From NCBI GenBank assembly GCA_009602725.1, contig WELB01000023.1:202360-266359 (forward strand): a stretch of DNA of 64,000 nucleotides, read 5' to 3'. Positions 28,306 through 38,699 of this stretch are shown here, piece after piece; the first letter of the stretch is position 1; each line of letters starts with the position of its first letter. A program made the translations under genes and the position numbers. Origin of the DNA: Spirogloea muscicola. Lineage: Eukaryota. The notes under the pieces were generated by a model. That model had not been told where the DNA came from. It did no database searches and saw nothing but the letters and a program-made list of their open reading frames with translations.

Positions 28306-29265
28306 NNNNNNNNNNNNNNNNNNNNNNNNNNNNNNNNNNNNNNNNNNNNNNNNNNNNNNNNNNNNNNNNNNNNNNNNNNNNNNNNNNNNNNNNNNNNNNN
28401 NNNNNNNNNNNNNNNNNNNNNNNNNNNNNNNNNNNNNNNNNNNNNNNNNNNNNNNNNNNNNNNNNNNNNNNNNNNNNNNNNNNNNNNNNNNNNNNNNNNN
28501 NNNNNNNNNNNNNNNNNNNNNNNNNNNNNNNNNNNNNNNNNNNNNNNNNNNNNNNNNNNNNNNNNNNNNNNNNNNNNNNNNNNNNNNNNNNNNNNNNNNN
28601 NNNNNNNNNNNNNNNNNNNNNNNNNNNNNNNNNNNNNNNNNNNNNNNNNNNNNNNNNNNNNNNNNNNNNNNNNNNNNNNNNNNNNNNNNNNNNNNNNNNN
28701 NNNNNNNNNNNNNNNNNNNNNNNNNNNNNNNNNNNNNNNNNNNNNNNNNNNNNNNNNNNNNNNNNNNNNNNNNNNNNNNNNNNNNNNNNNNNNNNNNNNN
28801 NNNNNNNNNNNNNNNNNNNNNNNNNNNNNNNNNNNNNNNNNNNNNNNNNNNNNNNNNNNNNNNNNNNNNNNNNNNNNNNNNNNNNNNNNNNNNNNNNNNN
28901 NNNNNNNNNNNNNNNNNNNNNNNNNNNNNNNNNNNNNNNNNNNNNNNNNNNNNNNNNNNNNNNNNNNNNNNNNNNNNNNNNNNNNNNNNNNNNNNNNNNN
29001 NNNNNNNNNNNNNNNNNNNNNNNNNNNNNNNNNNNNNNNNNNNNNNNNNNNNNNNNNNNNNNNNNNNNNNNNNNNNNNNNNNNNNNNNNNNNNNNNNNNN
29101 NNNNNNNNNNNNNNNNNNNNNNNNNNNNNNNNNNNNNNNNNNNNNNNNNNNNNNNNNNNNNNNNNNNNNNNNNNNNNNNNNNNNNNNNNNNNNNNNNNNN
29201 NNNNNNNNNNNNNNNNNNNNNNNNNNNNNNNNNNNNNNNNNNNNNNNNNNNNNNNNNNNNNNNNN
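28306..29265. other. Assembly gap (N run)
   Basis: 960 consecutive N. Confidence 0.99.
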
Positions 29266-29785
29266 AGGGGACATACTTCCAGGAGCATAGCCTCTCCGAC
29301 CTGCGCCTGCTTAGCAGGGGTTACTGAGTGGTTAGTAGCTGCTTTGTTTTTTCTTGTGTGCTTGTCATTTCTGCTGCTTCGCCTTAGGGCTTCGCCTGGC
29401 TTCCCCCCCCCTCTTCTTGTACTCTGTTCATTCTTTTTTGGGCTGGCTGTTCCAGCCCATATTCTCAATGGGCGAGCCCTTCTCCTCTAGAATAAGAGAG
29501 AAGGGCTCGCCCATTGAGGATAGGGGCTGGAAAAGCAAGCCCAAAAGAGAGAAGGCGCGCGGGGCGCATGAATTGAAAGGGAGGCCAATTCAAGCCAATA
29601 CATTGTTCAGGCAGAGTCGAGTGCAGACTAAACAATGCTACATAATACGGAGACCTAATCTTAAAAAGAATGAACAAAGTACGAGAAGGGGGGCCAGAGG
29701 AAGCGCTAAGAAAACAAAGCACACAAAGAAAGAAAGCAGCTGCAAATCACTCAGTAACCCCTGCTAAGCAGCCGCAAATCAGAAT
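29266..29785. mobile_element. Two family B retroelement ends tail-to-tail (inverted repeat); the right copy is interrupted by a family C tail
   Basis: The + copy SDLRLLSRGY* (stop 29325-29327) has a tail to ~29488. The - copy DLRLLSRGY* (~29780-29751) has its tail at 29750-29663 and 29546-29495. The C insert spans 29547-29662. Confidence 0.9.
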
Positions 29786-29869
29786 AAGGGCCCCTAGCCC
29801 ATGGCGGCACCCGCAGCTCGACTGCTGCAACAAGGGCTGCCATTGCCGCGAGCTGCAGCGAGCTACTCT

Positions 29870-30428
29870 GACTTGATGTTACTCACTCGCGGGTACTGAG
29901 CTTCGCTTTGCATCCTCTTGTGTTTTGTAGTGTAGTCCTTTTTCGGCACCTCTTTCTTTGGCTTTGGACATTGTCCATTCTTTTTGGGCTGGCTTTGCCA
30001 GCTCCTCGTTTCTATGGGTATTTTCTTCATTGCCTCTGTGGCCGACCTTCCCACTCCTTGACCGACCCCTTCAGCTTTTCCACGCTCCTCCCCGACGACG
30101 GCTGTGGAGCCCGAGCCCCTCCCTGCAGCCCCTGCTCCTAATGACTATGGCTCGCCCATAGGATAAGGGGGGCTAGCAAAGCCAGCCCAGAAGCCAGCCA
30201 GACCTGATGAGATAGCTCGGCTTGCGGACCCCGGCTCGGCCTGGCCTCCTTGGATGCAGAGTCCGAGGCCCCCCAACATAAACCCCCAAGTCGGAACTGT
30301 CATCAGCCCGGCACAGTCAAGCGACTCCTCTACTGCGGACGGGCCGTTTCTTTCCTTTGTTCATTCTTTGTTGGGCTGGCTTTTTCCAGCCCCTCACCTC
30401 ACTGGGCAAGCCCTTCTCTCCTCCTTTC
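29870..30428. mobile_element. Further stacked retroelement tails
   Basis: LMLLTRGY* (stop 29897-29899) with a core motif at 29971, a minus-strand B-like tail at 30147-30192 and a plus-strand B-like tail at 30350-30428. Confidence 0.8.
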
Positions 30429-30429
30429 C

Positions 30430-33400
30430 TGCCGGCCGCGAAGTCTGCTGCACTACTCTCGACTCGAAGCGAACGCCCATCTCATTCTCAAGCTCCAGCT
30501 GTGCATTCACCAGTGCCTGCACCAGTCCCCGCCCCGGAGCCGCCGCCACCACCACCACCACCACCACCACCACCACCACCACCACCACCACCATTGCCGC
30601 CGCCACCATTGCCTCCTCTGCCTCCCCTGTTACCTCTACCCGTACCTCTACCTCCCTTGCTGCCTCGACCTGATGTCGTGCGACGGCGTCCAGCTGGTGA
30701 CCATCAAGGACGACCTCGCCGTCGGCAGGGTCAGTCTCACGACCTGAGCCCAGTCCACACGGACCTCCCAAATGCGCCAGACTAGGAAGTCCCCCGCCCA
30801 GGATGCCAGCGCCGTTTCAGCACGAGAGGGCTGCCAATCCATGCCTATCACTGCCGCAATCGCCAGAATCGCCAGGAGCTGGCAGCGAGATCACATGTGC
30901 CGGGCATCGTCCGGCCTCTACCACCCCCTTCTTCAGAGAGCTGGCTTTGCGCCACCACAGTGGACCTCACCCCCCTTCTCATCCCTGACGGCCTTCGAAA
31001 CCTACGCCATATTCCCAGATGGGCACGTCGTGAGTGCACCAAGGTTCTTACGCCCTACCTTGCACGCATCGAAGCGGACTCTATGAACGAGGCGGCCTGG
31101 GCGTTGTACATGCTTTTTCCCAAGCTTGTTCTTGGCCATCTGCCCTCTTTCGACGTCGGTGGCCGTAAGACTTTCCAGGACAGACTGGCTGAATCTACAA
31201 GCGGATAATGTGAGGAGTTGGCTCAGCAGCGTGCAGCAGCTGCTCAGGTCGCGCTCTCACAGCGGCGGGCGCGCAATGGATCAGTCAATCAGCCCTCTCA
31301 ACGATCCACAGCTGGCAATCTAGCACGCGCAAGACGCTTTGGCAGGGCAGGAGGACTTTCCAGGGCCGCTCAGGCCCTTTGCTTTGACCCCCTGGCTACT
31401 ATCAACGACGCCACGGAGGCTATCTTGCCACAGCTCCACCCCCCTCCACTACACCCCCTTGAGCCCTGGGCTGGCGAGCTCCCCAGTCCTCTTGACCTAT
31501 CGGCAGAGGCGCTCCGTGTGGCCCTGACCAAAGCCCCCCGGATGGTGTCTGGAGGCCCTTCTGGATGGCTCTTTGAGCACCTACACGACCTTTTCCTTGA
31601 TGGGGATGAGAGGAGCTTCTCCCTGTTCCTGTCCACCTGCCGGCACATCGCCAGGGCTGCCATTCCACTACGCACTGCCGAGGCCTTCAATTCCAGCCAC
31701 CAGCTGGCCCTTCCGAAGCCGACAGGCGGTCTGTGACCCATTGCATAGATAGAGGTTATCATGCGGCTGGTATTAAAGGCCGTGTGCAGCGAGCTGAAAC
31801 CCCAGCTGACCAGCCACCTATCACCCCACCAATTTGGTGCTGGTATGTCCTGCGGGGCGGAGGCCCTCGTCCACGGCATTTGCGCTGCTCTCGATGTGGA
31901 CCCTTCAAGGATGGTCCTTTGGGCTGGATATCAGTAATGCTTTCAACACAGTGGAGCGCAGCGTCATCATGGAGGAGCTGCGCGACCACTTCCCTTCCCT
32001 TGTACCCTTTTTCCTTATGGCCTATGGCCGCCCAGGGCGGCTGCCGTTGCAAGCCGGCGAGTCGTGGAAGACGCTGTGATCATCTTCTGGCACACGCTAG
32101 AGGGATCCCCTCAGCTTTGCTTTGGCACATTGCCGTGCTCTTCGGCGCACCCAGAGCCAAAACCCAGACCTCCGCTTCCCCTCCTACGCGGATGATACAC
32201 GCATCATTGGACCTCCAGCTGAAGTCATGGCGGCTTACCCCTTGCTCGTTTGCGAACTGGACCTGATGGGCCTGCGGGTTTGCCACTCCAAGAGCGTGGC
32301 ATGGTCCCCACATGGTCTCCCCGCCAACCTTCAGCTCCCCCACGGCTGTCAGACCCCTGCCAATGGGCTGGCCATCCTCAAGGTCCCCCTCGGTACACCA
32401 GCTCACGTGGCGGTGGACTTGCGGGAACGCCTTCAAAAATACCTCGCCCCTCTCCCTTCCCTTCCCCTCCTTGGGGACACACAGCTGGCATTGGCCATTC
32501 TCACCCGCTGCATCAACCAACGGGCTTGCTATCTGCAACGCACAGTCGCCCCATTGGGCATGGTGGCAGAGCTCTACAAGGAATATGATGACTCCCTTCT
32601 GAAGTCCCTGGCATCCCTACTACATTCTTCATCTTTCCCCTCAGCTTCATCTTCCCTCCAGGCCTCCCTCCCCACTCGCATGGGCGGCCTTGGCTGCCGG
32701 TCGTTGGAGCAGACGGCGCAAGCAGCCTTCCTGGGCTGCTGGCACCAGATCGCCTCTCTGCTTCCCATGCGCTTCCCTTGCCTCCACGACCCTGTACGCA
32801 ATGTGGAGGACGGCTCCTTCCCCTTCCAAGCGGATCTGAGGAGCATCCACGACTCAGTCATCGGCTCTTTTCCCTCTATCCAACCCCCTCTCAAGCCATT
32901 CTCTGCCCTCGCCCAAGCTTCTAGTAGAGGGGCACAATCCAGACTGGTTTCGGCAGTAGGAAGATGAGCGCCGCAGAAGGTTGAGGAGGCTGCCAGAGAT
33001 TCACAACAATCCACGGAGCCTTGCAAGACTTACTTTCGTCGCCACACCTGGAGCCACAGACTGGATCACCTCAGACGCCGTGGCCAACGCCTTCAACTTC
33101 AGCTCCGAGGCATTTCGGACGTCGCTTCAATTCTTCCTCGGCCTCCCACCTAACTAACTGATTGGGGTGCGCCAGTGTGAGTGCGGCTTCCGTGCAGAGA
33201 GTGCTGAGCTCGCCACCCACATGCTGCGATGCCCCACTGGACCAGAAGTGGTGGGCAACCACAACCTCCTCCGTGCTGCCCTGGCGGGTTTGATGCGCGA
33301 TGCCGGGTACCGTGCGGTTGTGGATGTGAACAACATCATGCCTATCACCACGGATGCCCAGGAACGTCATCATCGCCGCACGCTTGACGTTGTGGGCGTG

Positions 33401-33940
33401 CAAACTGGTGGAAGACCACGGGCCTTAGTCGATGTCGTGGTTACGGAGGCGTATAGAGGTCCAGCATGGACACACATCGCTAGCCACGCAGAACAAAGAA
33501 AGCTGCAGCACTACTCCGAGTACCCCCAATGTGATCAGCTCCTGCCAGCGGCAGTCGACATCTTTGGCTGTCTGGGTCCTCGTTTCCTTACTCTCCTTCA
33601 GAACATAGCCAATCTAGGCTACACACGACATGCATTTGTGTTCCCGGCTCAGATAGGCTTGCCAGCTACATATCTGTCGTTCTTGCGACGACGCTTTTCG
33701 GCCTGTTTGCAGCGTGCTCAGGCTAATGCTTTGCACCAGAAAGCTGGGCGAGCTCTAGGTGGTGGCAGAAGGTTTTCGTATCTGCCATCTAGTATTCAGG
33801 TATCGCTTTGCGACCTTGATGTATTTACCCGTGGTTACTGAGCGGGTCAACCTGCTGTAGGTGATGTAAGTCGCTAGATGTGCTTGCCTCTGTACTTGGC
33901 CATTTGGCCTTGGTTTGAATCAAATACACGAAAGCCTTTC
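30430..33940 (+). mobile_element. Near full-length, decayed CRE-clade (RLE-type) non-LTR retrotransposon, family A
   Basis: One long disrupted ORF: Pro-rich region, Zn-finger remnant (PRPGCQRRF..GL..H...C), RT motifs (GPSGW..EHL, LALPKPTGGL*PIA, HQFG.G..GAEALVH, LDISNAFN, GTR*RDP, YADD, QASLPTRMGGLG), CCHC knuckle (CECG..HMLRC) and REL endonuclease (RRTLDVV..LVDVVVT..AEQRKLQHY..DIFG). Ends VFTRGY* at 33841, then a ~100-nt 3' UTR. Confidence 0.92.
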
Positions 33941-34502
33941 CTACTAAGCAAGACACAAGACGACGCAACGGTAAACTCAGGGCCCACTGCATACCGGGTC
34001 GTTCGGTCGCAAATCGTCTTGGGCCTCAGATTGGCAGTACCATTGACCCCAAATATCCATACAACGCGCGACACGTACCCCTCGGCCGCGGCCGAACGAC
34101 CCGGTGTGAAGTGGCCCTCAGTCATTCTTTCCGGGCTGTCCTCTGCCAGCCCCTCTTCTGCCAGCCCCAGTACTTGGCCTTCTACGTCTCCTTTTACACA
34201 AAAAGGCCCCTCCATTACTTACCACACTGTTCACTTTGATAGCGCTGCCTATCTCCTTCACTTTTGCTGGCTGGATTCTCACTGCCATCTTCCCAAGAGC
34301 TGAGCTGTTTGTATCTTTCCCCCACCCAGGATTCTTCTGTCCTTGTCCATTCCTTTCGGGCTGGCCTCTCTTTGGGCGAGCCTTCTTTTCTCCCAGCCAC
34401 CAGTCAATCTGGCCGCGCTTGCTTCTTTTCCCCATCGTTTGCAAGATTGGGGGGGGGTTTACTTGGAGCGAGCAGGGCGCGGGGAGCAGCTTGCCGCGGC
34501 GA

Positions 34503-34670
34503 CACGTGGAGACTCCTCGGGAAGGTCCGGGCGCGGGCGGGCGGGCACCACGTGGTGACCTGGCCGCAGGAAAGAGCCAATGACCAGCCGCCACGCTTCG
34601 GCCGCCGCTGCACCCGGATGCCCCATCGGACGGCGGAGGCGGGGTCGAGGCGGGCCCACGTGGGCACGTG
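34503..34670. promoter_or_regulatory. Cluster of four G-boxes (CACGTG) plus CCAAT upstream of PP2C
   Basis: CACGTG at 34503, 34549, 34657 and 34665; CCAAT at ~34577; 250-410 bp before the ATG. Confidence 0.55.
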
Positions 34671-34734
34671 CGCGGCATGGCGCCTGCCCCCCACTGATTG
34701 TGCGAGGCGGCCGGGCCAGCGCCAGAGCTCCCTC

Positions 34735-34768
<34 letters not shown>

Positions 34769-34783
34769 AGTTGCCGCCGCCGC

Positions 34784-34819
<36 letters not shown>

Positions 34820-34915
34820 NGCTCCTCGCTGCCGCGGAGCCTCCCGCGGCGGCGGCGGCGGCGGCGCGAGGCGGCCGTGAGATCGGCGGCAGGGCCCGCG
34901 TCCTGTCGGCGAGGC

Positions 34916-37463
34916 ATGGGGGCGTGCTTCTCGGACCTCAAGGGCGGCGGGGGCCTGCCCGCCGACGCGTACCACAACGACACCTTGGGCCGCTACGCGC
35001 CGCGCAAGGGCGCCGCCGCCGACAAGCTCCTCCTCCTCGGTGAGCCGCCATGGCTGCCGCTGCAAGAGCTCGCCGAGCGCCCAGCCGTGCCGGCCATGGC
35101 GCGCGCCTGGCCTCCGTCTGGGGACCCTCTGCGGCCTGTCTTCGTGGGGGCAATACGACGATCGCTGACGATCGTCGTGTTGCCGTGCCGCAGATGGGCA
35201 CACGGCGGCCAAGCAGATCCTTTTGGCGGAGCAGCGCCGCGACGCGGAGCTCGCGGCGCTGCCGGGCCGCACCGTCGCGCCCGGCGCCGTGCCCGCGGCG
35301 GCGCTGCACACGCAGCAGGGCAAGAAGGGCCCCAACCAGGACGCCATGATCGTCTGGCAGGTGGGTCGGGTCGGCCTCATCCCGCTCTTCCTCTGCAGTG
35401 CTGCTGAGCTCTGGGTTCACACACGGCGCAGGCTTCCTGCTGCTGTTAAAGCCAAGCACTGTGCTTACTGCAGGACGTAGTATGATCAGATTTGGGTCTA
35501 GCGGATCCTTTGATAAACCCGCGAGCCGGACTTTGCCGGCAGTCGTGACTGTGGCGCTTGTGATCTCATGCAGGGCTACCTGGCGAGCAAGAATGCGGTG
35601 CTGTGTGCTGCCTTCGACGGACATGGCCCGCAGGGCCACCGCGTCGCTGCACGAGTGCGCGACTCCCTGCCCACACGCATCGCCGACCTGTACAAAGCGG
35701 CACAACAACGAGCAACTGTCGCCGCTGCCCCTGCAGCCGGCAACCCACTGTCATCGTCTCCTCCAGAAGACGGGCCTGGGGATGGTGCTGACGCCAAGGT
35801 GCAGGACTCTGGTGCTCCACTGGCTTCTACGGTAAATCACAGCGGATACCAGCCAGCTGGTGAAAAGAGTGACACAGGCGCAAGATCATTGTGGGAGGGG
35901 ATTCTGCAGCAGGCCTTCAAGGCGATGGATGCGGAGCTCCGAACGCACCCTGGCATCAATTGCTATGCCAGTGGTACGACAGCCGTCATGGTGATTCACA
36001 AGGTGCGTGTTCCAGACTTTGCATGGTTGCGGCAGAACCATCTGGTATGGTAGGAAAAGAACGTGCCGGCTGAGCTCGAAGCCTACGATAGTATACTGCA
36101 ACTGTAGTGGTTGTATGTCATCTGGTATGTTGCCAAGTGGCCCTGAGCTCCTCAGCTATGAACTGCATAGCAAGGTCCAATCACCTGGGCTGGGAGCTAG
36201 CAGCGCCTGTGAGACACACCCTCACAAGCGAATACCTGTCTGGCAGGAGTCCGACCTCATTGTTGCAAACCTTGGCGACTCGCGGGCAGTCATGGGCTCC
36301 TTGCGTGACGGGGTTTGGGTTGCCACGCAGCTGACTGTCGACCAAAAGCCCAACGTCCCAGGTATCATGCAGCAAAACACATCCAGCTAGGATGGATCAC
36401 TCCTTGCTGGCGAGCTACATATAGTCAACTCGTCTGTGCTCACGGCCGCTCGTCGGCGACAGCAACCATATCAATTCTGATATAACTCTAAGCTCAAGAT
36501 GGGCTCTGCAAAACCTGCGCAGAGGAGGCTGCACGAATCAAGGCATGCAATGGCCGTGTATATGCGCCACGGGATGAGCCCGACGTATGGCGCGTGTTCC
36601 TGCCCAATGAGGAGTGGCCAGGCCTTGCCATGGCACGTGCTTTTGGTGACATGGTCCTCAAGGACCACGGTGTAACGGCTACCCCAGCCATCTCATCTGT
36701 CAGCCTCGCTTCCGATGGCTCCGACGTGTTCATTGTGCTGGCCACTGATGGGGTAAGGCTCAGCCGCGCAGCCAGTCAAACCTCCTTATGCATTCCGAGC
36801 CTGGGCTCCACCACGGAGTGACTGGCAGGGCTGCATGAGGATACACACACAGTGGTTCCTTCAAGGATGTGAATTATGAGCAGCTATCATCTTGGGTCAC
36901 ATGCATTTCCTGATAAGCAATATGACAATCGAGTGCAGGTCTGGGATGTGCTGAGCAACGAGGAGGTGGTCAACATCGTGGCAGCATCAGAACCGCGTAG
37001 TAGTGCGTGCCAAAATCTCGTTGCCACCGCAGTGGGGGTGTGGCGCGAGAAGTTCCCCATGTCCAAGATCGACGATTGTGCTGCAGTGTGCTACTTTTTG
37101 ACTGAAGACAAGGGCGGTGATCCTGGTGCTCTCTCAGCGCCTGTGACAGCCAATGGCTGGTCAACTGCTGCTGCACCAGCCTTAGAGGCTGACTCTTCAA
37201 CTACGTCATCAGGAGGATCGCCAGGTGATAGCGTCCGGGGGGGCCGCGCTATGTTGGACAAGGCCCCACCAGGCCGCCCAGTCGATGTAGGCAGTCTGAA
37301 GCGGCAGTTACTCCGGACGGGGACGTTTTCCGAGGTTGAGGTCGCATACTTAAGCACCAATGACAGCGTGGTAGACCTTTCCAAGCTGGCAGCAGCCACG
37401 GCAGACACACCAGCAGGTGCCATGGCCGCTGCCCAAAACAAGGCTGAGCTACATTCTGCTTAA
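34916..37463 (+). CDS. Protein phosphatase 2C (plant clade E-like) with MGxCxS acylation motif
   Basis: MGACFS, TQQGKKGPNQDAM, FDGHGPQGH, SGTTAV, ANLGDSRAV, QLTVDQKPNVP, GLAMARAFGD, LATDG|VWDVLSN, DDCAAVC. Confidence 0.95.
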
Positions 37464-38699
37464 TGCAGCCAATTGTTTCTACAAGACAGCGGATATTCAC
37501 AACCAGACATGGATTGTCCAATACTGCATGTCCTACGTGTCATGCTGCAAACAGGCTCGTGTACTTGCATGGACGACCAAGTCTTACATAAGCCACGCAG
37601 TGGCCACGAGGAAATGTGGCTCCCCAAGCACCTGAAATCCCCTCATGTTCCTTTAAACCTCCCTCCCAACTTGGCTAGCTTCCGCCAAACTTTCTTCTTG
37701 ATGCATGCATGGCGTCATAGACCATACTTTTACCCCTGTGGTGTTTCTCTGTAGGAAAAAAGATAAATTTCAGGGCAAAAGGAAAGGTCCAGCAAGACAA
37801 AACACCACGATCTTCTTAGCCTTTCAGTACAGCAGTCAGCTCACCTATACCGTGTGTGGGATTCTAAGCATCTGTTGTGCTGTTTGAAAGCGTGGCAGTG
37901 ACTGAGTTTCGTTGCTTGATTCGTGAGACATTATGATGTGTCCTATTAATACTACTCAGCAGGGATGCAAGGCTGGGTTATTTCCAATTTAAAGCTCTAT
38001 TATCTTCTACTTTAGACTTGGCAGCAAGGTAGGGGGCAAGGTGGGACCTGATGAGAGTAGGTGACCCGAAAACCTTATCTATGGCACCCACAACTCATAC
38101 GAGCCACACAACCAGACATCATCTGACCTATGATGGTGCACTACTTATATGCACAGGATTCAAGAAGCACATTGTCAGGCTAATAATGTCTTCGTACAGT
38201 GATTCTGAAAATACGTCAGTGACAAAATTATTGCATGCGATTGACCACAGCGGTTTGATTGATGAGTTCCTCCACCTCCACTCCGAGTGTCACATGCGCC
38301 TTGGCCCTATTTCAGCCCAGCTCCAGGCCCAGCCTTGTGTTAATCTTACTCCACGGCCGCCAAACATGTCACACATGTTGGTGACTCAATATAAGCTAGA
38401 CTCGAGGTCCCATGAACAGATGCAAACATCAAGACACAAAACGAGGCCTTACAGAGTACGTGGTGCATTATTTCTGCTTGTGCGCTGACGCTTCTGCCAA
38501 CCTGCAGCCCTGATGTTGATGGATTTACTGGCCCTGAAGTCATTGCTGCGCCCCTCCCCCTCATCTACAACAAGTTGAGCCCGTCTCTAGACATGGTATC
38601 GGCTCAGGCTCGGGCGAACTTGCCACTGCAGACTACATCGGCTGTGTATACGTCTGTACATATACGAGAATCCTATTACATGTTGGCTATGAATGATGG

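Noticed and set aside
27478..29468. Long ORFs of 598 and 509 aa
   Set aside because: They are artefacts of translation through the N gap.
30204..30225. CTGATGAG near the 5' end of the long element as a hammerhead ribozyme
   Set aside because: There is no GAAA after a stem II. The same holds at ~40333.
38025..38078. ctgatga..cgaaa hammerhead-like core
   Set aside because: Stem II is mismatched, there is an extra A, and no stem I can be formed.
38051..38488. 145-aa ORF with LIDEF resembling a hAT C-terminus
   Set aside because: A single short motif is insufficient support.
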